DNA of 64,000 bases from a virus (taxonomy: Duplodnaviria > Caudoviricetes). The stretch's first letter is position 1, and every line of letters starts with the position of its first letter. The stretch lies in IMG/VR virus record IMGVR_UViG_3300044295_000092, positions 2,019 to 66,018 of that record, one strand, 5' to 3'. A model generated the notes under the pieces. The model made no database searches, was not told the DNA's origin, and was given only the letters and a program-made list of their open reading frames with translations. Positions 39,001 through 47,430 of the stretch are shown here, piece after piece. The translations under genes were made by a program, and so were the position numbers.

Positions 39001-40567
39001 TAACGTAGCTCAAATTCCTATGGATATGTTTAATGCTATGTTTTCATCAGGGGTTAATGTTTCATTAGCAGTGCCATTACAAGTAGCTAAAGAAATTATA
39101 CTTACTCCACTAGGTTTAAGTAGTGCTAGAAAATATTTATCTGCAAGAGCAGTTACAGGTAAACATGATTTTACTTCTGAGTATGATGTCATTGATATTA
39201 ATGCTATGAAAGAAGTTAAAGAAGTTACCAAAATGGGCAAGCTAATTGAATATAGTTTAGCTCCAGCAAAAGCTATTCTTAAAGGTTTAAGATTCTTTGG
39301 TATGGCATCTGACAACGTTATTCGTCAAGCAGTGTTTTCACAAATTATGCTTGAAACAGGTGATGTAGCACGAGCTACTAATGCTGCTGATGAAATCATC
39401 AACTTCCGTAGAACAGGTTCTTCTGCTGTTGTTAATATTGCTAGGCAAAACGCCATCTTCGTAAATGCTAACTTACAGTCTATGAACATTGCTTTTGGAA
39501 CTTTAATGTTTAGCGACATTACGCCTGATAAAAAACTTGTTCAGGCAAGACGATTAATTCTTAACGGCGCACAAGTTGTTATGGCTATATTAGCTATCAC
39601 TGCTATGAATGCAGATGACGATGATTATAAAAAGTTAGACCCTAAAGATCGTGATAACTATATTGTATTACCTGGAACAGGTGGTTATAAGTTACCACTT
39701 CGTGGCGATATTCTTACTACTTTATTTAAAATATTACCTGAGCATTTATATAATAGATATATTGCAGAGAGTGAAGATTCAGAAAAAATGAAAGTTGCTT
39801 TATCAAGAGCATTTAAAAAAGCATTCACATTCCCTTCACCATTTCCTAATGCACTTACATCTATAGTTGAACAATCTTTAAACTTTGACTTTGTAACAGG
39901 TAGACCTTTAGTAGGTCGTGGTCAAGAAAATCTAGCTCCTGAATTACAATTTAGTAATAAATATACATCAGAGTTTGCTAAATATGTATCTGATTTATCA
40001 AGAGATAAATGGTATGAAACATCTCCAGCGGCTGTTCAACATTTTATGAATCGATGGTTAGCATCTACTAGTATGCTTGTAGGTATGTTTACTAATAGTA
40101 TTGTAGCTCAAATAAGAGGGGATATAATACCTGAATTAACTACTAAACAAAAACTATTACAAATACCTAATATGGGTAAATTTGTAAGTAAAGAAGAAAA
40201 TACTCGTAACATTAACGATCTTTATGAACTTAATGATTTAGTTAACTCAGTGGTTCAAACAGCAACTAAATATGAAAAGCTAGGCGATCATGAGAATTTT
40301 AGAGAGTTCTTAAATAAAGATAATAATCAACAGTTATATAACTTAAGAAAAGAACTTGCCACTATATCTCGTGACTTAGGTAATTTAAGAGAATGGGAAA
40401 ATAGAGTTTACTATTCTAAAGATGCAGGTCGATGGACACCACAAACTAAACGTCAAGAACTAGATCGTATTGAAGCTACTAGACAAAGAATTATTGGACA
40501 CGAACAAGGTGTCAAAGAAGCTATTGATCGTAGAATTCAGAACCTAAGAAGACAAGGCGGCTTATAA
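33008..40567 (+). CDS. Large polyvalent/ejection protein (2519 aa) with a metallopeptidase-like motif
   Basis: Last gene of the virion arm. Hydrophobic A/G N-terminal region, 'LLHEIGVHYGL...EEV-like QEVIA', 'PIAHYR...VLFVEEIQSDW' block, helical C-terminus resembling LPD38-type domains. Confidence 0.7.
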   Translation: MDDLKELYRVLENADAAGDEASVAELIPYIKQVEAAQAQQAVEETPVEAPQADLTKPPKVIPKPSIDVMGRQFTPEEYAKYSGMPIAAKPGEQAKGAFSGSFGRSIYNLAADLALAHGKATGNVDEAEATAKRLREYGANTYTDTTKGWKEDPLTKILELAGGSAPYMVGPITAALGSTALGATGAVAVAAPLLTSATQFTGSNLQRQMDQNKKLADTSLLKAGALAIPQAALDQIGFRFIPGIKKLFGAAGKEITDEAANALVQKSILSKAGEKILATGEAMTVEGGTEAAQQLLERLQAGLSITSPEAMQEYFDSFIGGAVLAGGLGTAGHVVESVASRFPEKPTTETPETPEVEAPLTEQKRPSRETLKRQFKKSAQEQADEVNRVKQEEADKLKAAQTQQTISEAADLEGAAPITPGVITPTTLTSWGIRKGSNAYKALEGVDASTPEGRDLMDKTLEAHTGKINEQAVDTFTTLLDQKVKAPDARIDLGTTRISDAVLGGQKYGTPGGVEGRYGPTTDISGGLAGVDQEGKGAGDVTLKGPEAKAKPETLKSGERLLNIQELLNDPNPQQRRAARRKFVDMFQTYQANELIKEEAKVERAEREKLSKLKKTEYPIVDQSTNLANILSTLKDKPNYLIEDLRNEDVPDAERQELNQHARDYLLAESLRNKYKVRMTPEEVKALEQEGEKVARTEKPLSEDEFKDLQEEFLSRQAAEKGPLEARAPEIQSTGETPESIEGAFQKQYGKNVRLAKQRGLLNFLNDVSELPPEIGKVSPNTKAVYHKGKGYFITNRITKEDAPRMLLHEIGVHYGLEGMLGTNNYKRLVKQIKQNHLTDKELKAAWDNTVDTYPEYAEGSENFMQEVIANLSESAPNNSIIRQIIGYIKQFLSKLGYGWDINKITADDIRDMVQHSVRMSLAGKIKGVEPELVMAAEETGAPKPTYYSALSRVITNAQFKNNVSIQSGEQWVNWLNSKTSEAGVKRDELEFSGLLEFLELNKSEKFNKQDILNYLNDNGTKVSEYMYGEGEGNAYSDQDRDEWVADAFSEWEESQPDLWSQANDEAADTYDFPYYVKEETDNEGNTGYRVYVEGSLVYDEFYPSEDEAQQVADEANSEGLNEYADNIHERLAYEFNGAADAVRDELYDQWDEDHANVKTKYLDWTLEGGDKKYTEVIIALQNPKKGTAFSHQHWPDISNPIAHYRVNARMDDKGNNVLFVEEIQSDWAQAPKKLRKKHIKELAEKYKIDEKKIAQFVPGDWGFIRKSSPEQIKEINEIINKLQEFKAARRQLSDQISKLLDFRNQFADIIDTEVRKRIGPMDATERGYDMTRYDYIKSVLNNDIEGKTTPSGYKIDGKIIRDILNEPIVDGNIEQYHKNQDTLDKLLYKEEQLVQKIDDLESKKEAFSQSGKFERGPFIQDTEAWSNLVLKNIIRFAAERGYDKVAFVNGKQAAFKGGKAERIDEVFGTKNEDGTFTIYATLKDGGGRSRTIEKVRDLDLEDYVGGLADKMRSLKVGETDGWDAGELKLPAQGMVEFYDHYIPRYAAKLIKKLGGTQLENIELIPPNQDRPVDEKVGNQIGFTVTSAMKEKAMAGQPLFARASKQQLDEDLKKSGTVGKEEKGLPTLRERFMGAPLKTIDELIADFRKSFFSFDAAINNKMIIAAKKMGLTPKQIADMIYATRVSQAVKADQLADMWMVHGGVQYDPQSFSFVVKDLANSMSTIREQLKALAKKYGVSEYEMYQYGNAAFVSQRSRELVNHNNRLYRRIVKLYAAGKTAAADKAADNYKLVHQTPSEIKRGLKFFDTIPELKKIAKTWNINRKRIINFAVDQGLYSREKADDLLDVIHYVPFFRDKQIENRKGPNLYKRGLLDAAVDKRLKGSYQPVHNVFVNMELWSKYIFKKSINNRIAQEKINYYSKLLPDDVKVLRNTRSVTGNNVAVWQKGKVVNYEFQGYDGESMVDGFTGLEPATMLPGAAFFRPFNTFLRAQIVLEPLFNVAQIPMDMFNAMFSSGVNVSLAVPLQVAKEIILTPLGLSSARKYLSARAVTGKHDFTSEYDVIDINAMKEVKEVTKMGKLIEYSLAPAKAILKGLRFFGMASDNVIRQAVFSQIMLETGDVARATNAADEIINFRRTGSSAVVNIARQNAIFVNANLQSMNIAFGTLMFSDITPDKKLVQARRLILNGAQVVMAILAITAMNADDDDYKKLDPKDRDNYIVLPGTGGYKLPLRGDILTTLFKILPEHLYNRYIAESEDSEKMKVALSRAFKKAFTFPSPFPNALTSIVEQSLNFDFVTGRPLVGRGQENLAPELQFSNKYTSEFAKYVSDLSRDKWYETSPAAVQHFMNRWLASTSMLVGMFTNSIVAQIRGDIIPELTTKQKLLQIPNMGKFVSKEENTRNINDLYELNDLVNSVVQTATKYEKLGDHENFREFLNKDNNQQLYNLRKELATISRDLGNLREWENRVYYSKDAGRWTPQTKRQELDRIEATRQRIIGHEQGVKEAIDRRIQNLRRQGGL

Positions 40568-40768
40568 CCGCCAGACTCTAATACCTTGCACACCGTCTTC
40601 AATGACAATCTTATGTGCAAATTCAAACTCTAATCGTTTACTTTCACGAGTAATAGCTGCAATAGCTGCCTTAGTATCTACAGCAGGTATAAACATAGAT
40701 GAACCAGGTTTAAACTCTGTCCATAATATCTGATAATCTACACCATTAGTATACATTTCTTGGCACAT
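40562..40768 (-). CDS. Small hypothetical protein (W..F.PG.S.FIP...GIRVWR)
   Basis: Last gene of the - arm; its stop shares TTATAA with the convergent + gene. Confidence 0.65.
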   Translation of the reverse strand: MCQEMYTNGVDYQILWTEFKPGSSMFIPAVDTKAAIAAITRESKRLEFEFAHKIVIEDGVQGIRVWRL

Positions 40769-43595
40769 CCAATGGTAAGTTATCTAGTTTAATATCATCA
40801 AAGGTTGAATTATCAATCCATAAGCATCGCTTACCTGAACCACTGATGTCTAATCCTTTATGCAACACTTTTAAATCTCCTGAACGTCTGTGTAATACAT
40901 TAGCTTCTTTTAATTTCTTAACAAAATCTTCTAACTCAATCTTACCTAATGATTTTAAATAGGTTCTCATTGTATCAACACCTATATAAATTGTATGGGT
41001 ATCAGGTTCAATTCTGACACGTAACTCATTGATTGGTTTCAATAAAGGTGCTTCTAGTAATTGAGACCTTGAGTCTACTTTGCTATTAATAACTAAAGTG
41101 TTCTTTAGATTTTCATGCAAGAATGATGTTAATGTTTCCATAGCATCAAAGTCACGTTCTTTAATTTCAATACGAGAGTCATTCAATGCCCTACGAACGG
41201 CTTCTTGCACAGGCACAGTATCAATATTATGTATGCCTAGTTCTTTAGCAATCTTAGCACCCAAGAATACGGCAGCTAGTGTAGCAGAATATTTACGTTC
41301 ACGTCCTGTAATATTCCAAGCTTTATCAATCATCAGCTGGGTTTCTTTTAGTTTTACTTTGACCATTTCTAAATTAGCTATAAGCCATTGAGCATAGATT
41401 TCACCTGCATGTCCAAAGTTATCAAACAATAATTCAAAATATTCATCAGCTTGTTCTTTAGTTAAAGTCTTATCTTCATCAATACGGATTTGTAAGAAAC
41501 GAGCCATCTCACCTGATGCCTTAGCATTTTCAGAGAATACTACTGTCCTAAAATCTGTGTTAGAAGAAACAACGCTAATAAGATTAAAGACGGTATCATT
41601 ATGTCGCTCCTTATTTTTACCACTACTATCCATACGATTTTTACCACGACCCGTAGCCATGAACTTTAAAAACTCATGTAGTTGGTCGGCACTTACTTTT
41701 GTAAATTCATCTACTGCAGATGGTAAGTTATTCATATAACCCATACGATTAATCACAGCATTACCTGTATCACCCCATACTTGAATAAGGTTAGCATTCA
41801 TTTCAGGGTTACCATATACGCTAGTCATAGCTTGTAGAATAGTTGATTTGCCTTGTCCTGACTCAGGATTGTATAGGTTAATCACTGCTGACTTCTCTTT
41901 TGATTTAAAGAACGGCATAAGTAGCGAACCAAATGCACAGAAGAAACCAAACGCACGTAACTCCATACCAGGTCTTTCATATACTGATATAGCTTTCTTC
42001 CATAACTCATAGCTACCTTTTTTGACAAGAGCAGGATTAACGTCTTTAATATCATCTGACACAGGCACAAACTTAATACCAAATGCACTGATTTCTCTGT
42101 TACCTATAAGTATCTTCTTATGGTCAGGTGTCCAACCATATTGTTTATACATCATAGTAGATGGTTTTTGTTTTTGTTGATTAGCAATTACTGCCATGAT
42201 GTAGTAAATAACTTCGTCTAGTTGTTTACCATTTCTAACAATACCTTTGGCAGCTAAAATCTTTCTTGCTTCATCTCTTGATAATAGTTGTGTAAGTGGT
42301 GCTATGAATTCTTGCACACCGTCTTGTGGAAGATGTATCTTAAACCATGCACAGAAACCTGCAGCGTCTTTATCATTAAGAATTTCTACAAGGTAAAAGT
42401 CATAGTCATATATCAATACGGCTTCTTCTTGTTCGTCTTGTGTAGTTTTGTATACACCACCATTCTTACCTCTAAAGTAAGGATATGGATAATCAGGCAC
42501 ATGATATGTAACAGTTTCGTTTAGTGCTTCAGACTTTGCTTGTATAACATTATCTGCACCTTTAGCACGTAAGATAACACGACCTAATTCTATGGGGGAT
42601 GTAATCTTACCTTTATGTTTACAACCTTCACAACCTGATGGGCGTAGGCTTTCAAATTGTTTGCATGTATGAGGGCCTGGTATAGCATTAGCTTTAGCTT
42701 CTGTTTTAGCATAGTCATAATCAGGATGTCGTTTAGATATGTTATGAATGGCCGCTTCAGCATCATCACAGAAGGCAGCAATAGATAATCCTGAACGCCA
42801 TAAGGGTTCTTCAATGGTAGCTTGTTTAGTTACAATATGAGTTATCTGTGCACACCCATCATCTTTGCTGCAACGTTCTAATATCTTTTTAAATTTAGAT
42901 GAGTTGTTACCTAGAATAGCTTTAGTAGCTTCATCTAGCGGTCGTTTAGCACGAGGTTTATCTGTAAGATGAATAGGAATAAGTCTAGCTATTTCATCAA
43001 AGGGTGTAGCAACACCTTGATTTATAACAGAAACTTCTACAGGATTAGCAACATCTTTAAAGTTCTGTGTGCCTGGCACTCGTAGAATACGAGACATATC
43101 AGCAGTGCATGCACCATCAGCTTTTAATCCATGTTTAACACATAAGAATTTAAGACCTTCAGCTACAGGTTTCCATACAGCTTTATCTATAGGGTCAGTT
43201 AAAGACCAATAACAATGAACGCCGTTACCTGAGTCAACAATAGTTGGTGCAGGTAATCCTGTCTTATCTGTAAACTCTCGTAGGGCTATAAGTGCTGCGT
43301 CTTTTGTTTCATAGTCTTTCCACTTACGTTTCTTACTATCAAAGCCACAATCAATATCTAACCAAAAGATACGTTGTTCTTTTGCGTTAACACCTTTTCT
43401 TTCAGTAGGTTCGATCCATGATGAGCAAGCAAAATATACGTCTTGTTTATCATCTAGAAACTTGTTTGATATTGATACTGCTTCATCGATAGTTTTTACA
43501 AACTTAGGTGTGACTATATTCTTTTGGTCTTTGCCGCAGATGCAATAGTATCCATCATCGGGCCATACACTTTGTAGAAATTCTTTTGTTTGCAT
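40746..43595 (-). CDS. Primase-helicase (RepB/AEP-like N-terminus, DUF927-like region, P-loop helicase)
   Basis: WLDIDC, 'VDSGNGVHCYW', 'RILRVPGT.NFK', Cys cluster C..F....C.GC, Walker A SGQGKST, Walker B VDE. Confidence 0.85.
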   Translation of the reverse strand: MQTKEFLQSVWPDDGYYCICGKDQKNIVTPKFVKTIDEAVSISNKFLDDKQDVYFACSSWIEPTERKGVNAKEQRIFWLDIDCGFDSKKRKWKDYETKDAALIALREFTDKTGLPAPTIVDSGNGVHCYWSLTDPIDKAVWKPVAEGLKFLCVKHGLKADGACTADMSRILRVPGTQNFKDVANPVEVSVINQGVATPFDEIARLIPIHLTDKPRAKRPLDEATKAILGNNSSKFKKILERCSKDDGCAQITHIVTKQATIEEPLWRSGLSIAAFCDDAEAAIHNISKRHPDYDYAKTEAKANAIPGPHTCKQFESLRPSGCEGCKHKGKITSPIELGRVILRAKGADNVIQAKSEALNETVTYHVPDYPYPYFRGKNGGVYKTTQDEQEEAVLIYDYDFYLVEILNDKDAAGFCAWFKIHLPQDGVQEFIAPLTQLLSRDEARKILAAKGIVRNGKQLDEVIYYIMAVIANQQKQKPSTMMYKQYGWTPDHKKILIGNREISAFGIKFVPVSDDIKDVNPALVKKGSYELWKKAISVYERPGMELRAFGFFCAFGSLLMPFFKSKEKSAVINLYNPESGQGKSTILQAMTSVYGNPEMNANLIQVWGDTGNAVINRMGYMNNLPSAVDEFTKVSADQLHEFLKFMATGRGKNRMDSSGKNKERHNDTVFNLISVVSSNTDFRTVVFSENAKASGEMARFLQIRIDEDKTLTKEQADEYFELLFDNFGHAGEIYAQWLIANLEMVKVKLKETQLMIDKAWNITGRERKYSATLAAVFLGAKIAKELGIHNIDTVPVQEAVRRALNDSRIEIKERDFDAMETLTSFLHENLKNTLVINSKVDSRSQLLEAPLLKPINELRVRIEPDTHTIYIGVDTMRTYLKSLGKIELEDFVKKLKEANVLHRRSGDLKVLHKGLDISGSGKRCLWIDNSTFDDIKLDNLPLDVPRNVY

Positions 43596-43714
43596 TATTC
43601 TCTCGAAATAAAGTTTTTATTAGTGCTATCTTATGCAATCGACAGATAGCGGTGCCGTATTGTTGACGTGGTTAAGGAGGAGGCCTTATACCACCCTACT
43701 TGCATTGTAAGTAT

Positions 43715-43945
43715 TTACATCTGATTTATTTTATTTAGCAAAGCAGTTATACTTGACTCTGTCTGCCTTCCTGGTTTTGTTTTACCAGAGAACCAATCAT
43801 ACACCGTTTGACGAGAAACGTGAAGGTCTTTAGCTACTTGACTTACAGGATACTTTAATGCTATGCATGCTCTTCCTAGTAAAGTGCCTACTGTCTCTCT
43901 AGCATTTTGATTAGCTTCTATCATTAATTGGGAGTAGCCACGCAT
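43715..43945 (-). CDS. XRE/Cro-like HTH protein
   Basis: 'VSQVAKDLHVSRQTVYDWFSGKTKP' helix-turn-helix. Confidence 0.85.
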   Translation of the reverse strand: MRGYSQLMIEANQNARETVGTLLGRACIALKYPVSQVAKDLHVSRQTVYDWFSGKTKPGRQTESSITALLNKINQM

Positions 43946-43947
43946 GA

Positions 43948-44859
43948 TTACGCCCAATCTGATACTAAGTCATCTAAACTAACATCACCTTGATCTGCTT
44001 TTGGAGCAGGTTTCTCTACAGGTTTCTCAGCGGCTCTCACAGTAGGTTCAGGTATATTATCTTCTACTTTAGGTGCAGCTACTTGAGGGCGTTGAATAGG
44101 TTGTTGTTTCTTTTGTTCAAACTCTTCACCGTCATCATCTTTGTTAGTATTCACTGATAATGTAATCGCACGTTTAGCTTCTTCTGATGTTGACTTAGCT
44201 TGACATACTGCATACTCTTCATCAGATAAACGTTTGATAGCTTTAAATCCTACCTTAGTGCTTGATGAGTCTTCATCAAAAGATACACGAGATACAACAG
44301 ACATTAAGTTTTCACCATTGGCTCTAACATAATCTGTATATTCATGTAAAGGTCTGCAATCTTTTGTGCCATTACCAAAGATAGATTGTGCAGGTAATGT
44401 CATTTGATATACATCACCATTCAAATCATCAGCACGAACAACTGCAATACGTCTACTAAAGCGACAAGCTTTAGTGCCATTAGCCCCTGACCCTTTGATA
44501 TTTTGTGGACAAGCTAAGCATGTGTCAGCTTGTTTCTCTACAACAGTATCATCGGGTCTTTGGCTATCAGATGACCAACATGATGGTGGTGGCATCTTTT
44601 CTCCTGGCACATATGCTTTCGAGAAATACATTCTATGCACATGTGGTGAGGCATTAACAATAACGACATCGAGTGCGTCTTGATTAGACTTTTCAACTTC
44701 TTTACCATTAATCATTAATCTAAATTTACTACCACGTATAGAAATACGTTTAGCAGTTACAGAACTTCCTGTGATGTTAGCAGTAAAGCCATCATCACGT
44801 CTGCTATGTTGTGCTACTGCGGTAGAACCTTGTGAAAATACATCTAATTCGTTACTCAT
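43948..44859 (-). CDS. Putative ssDNA-binding protein
   Basis: 'RISIRG..F', 'P.CWS.D...P', C..CP.N..GS...KAC, acidic C-terminus ending DDLVSDWA. Confidence 0.6.
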   Translation of the reverse strand: MSNELDVFSQGSTAVAQHSRRDDGFTANITGSSVTAKRISIRGSKFRLMINGKEVEKSNQDALDVVIVNASPHVHRMYFSKAYVPGEKMPPPSCWSSDSQRPDDTVVEKQADTCLACPQNIKGSGANGTKACRFSRRIAVVRADDLNGDVYQMTLPAQSIFGNGTKDCRPLHEYTDYVRANGENLMSVVSRVSFDEDSSSTKVGFKAIKRLSDEEYAVCQAKSTSEEAKRAITLSVNTNKDDDGEEFEQKKQQPIQRPQVAAPKVEDNIPEPTVRAAEKPVEKPAPKADQGDVSLDDLVSDWA

Positions 44860-45263
44860 ACATTCTCCTTATTATCTCTAGACTTTGTTATTCTTACCGT
44901 ATATTCGCTTGTTGCTTGTAAACCTGGTGGTTGTTTATCAGGGTTTTGCTCCAAGTATTCTTTAATAGCTGACTGCACTAATCTCTTTTCAAAGAACTCA
45001 GGTAATTTATTTTCTAAAATAAAATCATACATACTAGGCCAATCATTTGACCAATACCTTGTCTTCAATGTCCTTGATAGTGTGCCAACTGATGTTTTCA
45101 AACTAGTTACATTTAAAGTTCTACAAGCTTCATTAAGTGCTAAATCAACTTTATCTTTCTGCACTTTAATATCTGTAATTTGCTTTTCTAATTCATCAAT
45201 CTTATCTCGCATATTGACAGATGCTTGCATAAGCTTTTCTATTTTATTATTGTCTAATTCCAC
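44856..45263 (-). CDS. Conserved replication-region protein (coiled coil + 'T..GT...DW..Y.FI...PPG')
   Basis: GTG start with SD AAGGAG, first gene behind a strong promoter. Confidence 0.6.
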   Translation of the reverse strand: MELDNNKIEKLMQASVNMRDKIDELEKQITDIKVQKDKVDLALNEACRTLNVTSLKTSVGTLSRTLKTRYWSNDWPSMYDFILENKLPEFFEKRLVQSAIKEYLEQNPDKQPPGLQATSEYTVRITKSRDNKENV

Positions 45264-45292
45264 ATAAACTCCTTTCTAATGTGAAGAGTGTT

Positions 45293-45320
45293 ATTATAGC
45301 ACACACATTTACAATGTCAA
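45293..45320 (-). promoter_or_regulatory. Consensus sigma70 promoter
   Basis: - strand TTGACA, 16 nt, TATAAT with extended -10 TGc. Confidence 0.8.
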
Positions 45321-45727
45321 CTAATTTCTTTATCAATTAAATGTCCATAAGTAAGTATTACCCAAAATGCAAACTGCAATAACTCTTCAGGTGTAGCATT
45401 ACCTTTCATGGTATTAGCTTTATTACTTATTACTTGTATATTTCCTTTTATATATCCTTTAGTATTATCAATTCTATCTAGTGATGGAGACCATGGTTTT
45501 CCTCCTGTTTTTTCATTATTAGGTTCTTTTTTTAATTCATATTTTGTAAATACTGGGCAATATTTAGGCATCACAACATCAGATACTTCAATATTAAATT
45601 CAATACTTTTTGCTTTGGCTCTTACTTTTGCTCTATTGTGCATATACCATTCAGGATTTTTAGCACGATACTCATTTTGCCAAACTTGCGCTTTTCTCCT
45701 TTGTGCTTTTGTATATACTCTAGGCAT
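45317..45727 (-). CDS. HNH-family (His-Me finger) endonuclease
   Basis: 'CPVF','PSLDRIDNTKGYIKGNIQVISNKANTMK'; ATG 45727 follows AGGAGG. Confidence 0.75.
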   Translation of the reverse strand: MPRVYTKAQRRKAQVWQNEYRAKNPEWYMHNRAKVRAKAKSIEFNIEVSDVVMPKYCPVFTKYELKKEPNNEKTGGKPWSPSLDRIDNTKGYIKGNIQVISNKANTMKGNATPEELLQFAFWVILTYGHLIDKEIS

Positions 45728-47279
45728 CACTAAACTCCTCCTTGTATAAATCAACTAATTTAACATGGTTGTCTATTTTGTTTTGCAACATCTTATATAT
45801 CTTTTGTTCCACAGGAGAACCTTGTAAATGAACCACAGTCATTTTATTTTTTTGTCCTGCTCGATCAACACGTGCACAACACTGTATGTATGTTTCGACA
45901 GACATTACAGGTGACCAAAATACGACTACGTTAGCTGCGTGGAGGGTAACACCATGCGATGCTGCTTGGGGTTGTATTACTAATACTTGTGGGTCTTTTG
46001 TTTCTTGAAAGCGTTTAAAAATATCAGAACGATTGTGCATAGATACATCACCATGTATTGCTGCACAAGGTATATGTTCTTTATTTAGTTCGGTCATAAT
46101 TTTTTCTATACTATGGCGAAATGGGCAGAATACGAGAACTTTGTGGCTTGCCTCTTCAATGATTTCTTTGAGAGCCGTCATACGATTAGATATATCAAAC
46201 TCTATGACTTCTTGATTATCAGAATAGATTGCCCCTGCACTTACTTGTAGTAGTTTTGTGAGCATAACTCCTGCATTGACAACAGTTATTTCTTCACCTG
46301 AAGCTTCCATATACATATCTTTCTTAAGCTTCTTGTAATACTTATCTTGTTGTGGAGTTAGTGGGACTTCTCGTGTTGTATATAACACGTCAGGCAAATC
46401 TAAACATTCATCTTTAGTATATCGAATGGCAGGTTGTAATGTTTTAAATACAATATCCTGTGCATTAAATCTAGGCACCCAGGTGAATTGGCTGACTTTT
46501 TGCATTACCATATCCTTAAATGTTCCTGCATATTTCGGGACGGATGCGGGGTTCACAAGTCTAGCCAATCCATATGCGTCAGCTGGTGATTGAGCAGCGG
46601 GTGTTCCTGTCATAAGCCATAACCATGTCTGAGGTGTAAGCACACGATTTAATGACTTCCAGCGACGTGTCGTAACAGTTTTGACATAGTTTGCCTCATC
46701 GACAACAACTAAATCAAAACCGCCAGATTTGATTTCTTTCTCTACAATTTCTATACCATCGTAATTAATAATAACTACGTCTGTATTTTCTGCAAATACT
46801 TTCTTTCTCTTTTCAGCAGTGCCATGAGCAATACCTACAGTCCTATGCATAGCAGTTTTAAAGAAGTCTGATTGCCATGCTGCTTGCATAATAGATAGTG
46901 GGCATACAACTAACATACGTCTAATCTTACCTTGGTTCATCAAGTAATCAGCTGCCCAAATTACTGCTGATGTTTTACCTGTGCCTGCTTCACTTAAACA
47001 ATACGCACGTCTATGTGCAGACAAAAAAGTAGCAGTAGTTTTCTGATGGTCAAAAGGTTTATGGATACCTGGAAAGTTGTAGTCACGTGTTATAGGTGAG
47101 GGTGGATTTTTAACTTTCATGTCAGATAAAGTTATGACTTCATCTAGTCCCCAATTAACAGCTACTTGTGTAACGCCGTTCTCATAGGTTTTAACTACTT
47201 TACTCTTAGGTATTTTATCTATTATTAATTCAGGGCGTTTTGTATTTACGATTAACGCCTTATCTTTGTATACTTCCAA
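45720..47279 (-). CDS. SNF2-family SF2 helicase
   Basis: GTGKT, VVCP, VVDEA, MTGTP, HGVTL, Q...RVDRAGQ; TTG start with AGGAG. Confidence 0.9.
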   Translation of the reverse strand: MEVYKDKALIVNTKRPELIIDKIPKSKVVKTYENGVTQVAVNWGLDEVITLSDMKVKNPPSPITRDYNFPGIHKPFDHQKTTATFLSAHRRAYCLSEAGTGKTSAVIWAADYLMNQGKIRRMLVVCPLSIMQAAWQSDFFKTAMHRTVGIAHGTAEKRKKVFAENTDVVIINYDGIEIVEKEIKSGGFDLVVVDEANYVKTVTTRRWKSLNRVLTPQTWLWLMTGTPAAQSPADAYGLARLVNPASVPKYAGTFKDMVMQKVSQFTWVPRFNAQDIVFKTLQPAIRYTKDECLDLPDVLYTTREVPLTPQQDKYYKKLKKDMYMEASGEEITVVNAGVMLTKLLQVSAGAIYSDNQEVIEFDISNRMTALKEIIEEASHKVLVFCPFRHSIEKIMTELNKEHIPCAAIHGDVSMHNRSDIFKRFQETKDPQVLVIQPQAASHGVTLHAANVVVFWSPVMSVETYIQCCARVDRAGQKNKMTVVHLQGSPVEQKIYKMLQNKIDNHVKLVDLYKEEFSDA

Positions 47280-47296
47280 TGCAATCTCCTAAAGTT

Positions 47297-47336
47297 AAAA
47301 ATAGACGTGCCACCGAGAGAGGTAGTGACACGTCTA
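47297..47336 (-). terminator. Terminator-like hairpin in the helicase leader (possible attenuator)
   Basis: - strand TAGACGTGTCACTACC-tctctc-GGTGGCACGTCTA followed by TTTTT. Confidence 0.6.
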
Positions 47337-47430
47337 CACACTGCAGTGTTAACACCCAAGCGGAGTTTTGTTGAGGTTTAGCTTGTTATTAACTGACGTG
47401 GTTTTACCGCACTCACGCCTTGCGGGTCGA

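Noticed and set aside
33008-40567. 2519-aa protein as an N4-like virion RNA polymerase
   Set aside because: No recognisable single-subunit RNAP motifs, and the early promoters are host sigma70 consensus
43600-47430. tRNA genes in the GC-richer intergenic gaps
   Set aside because: No cloverleaf or T-loop GTTCRA pattern found; the gaps are reported as leader structures instead
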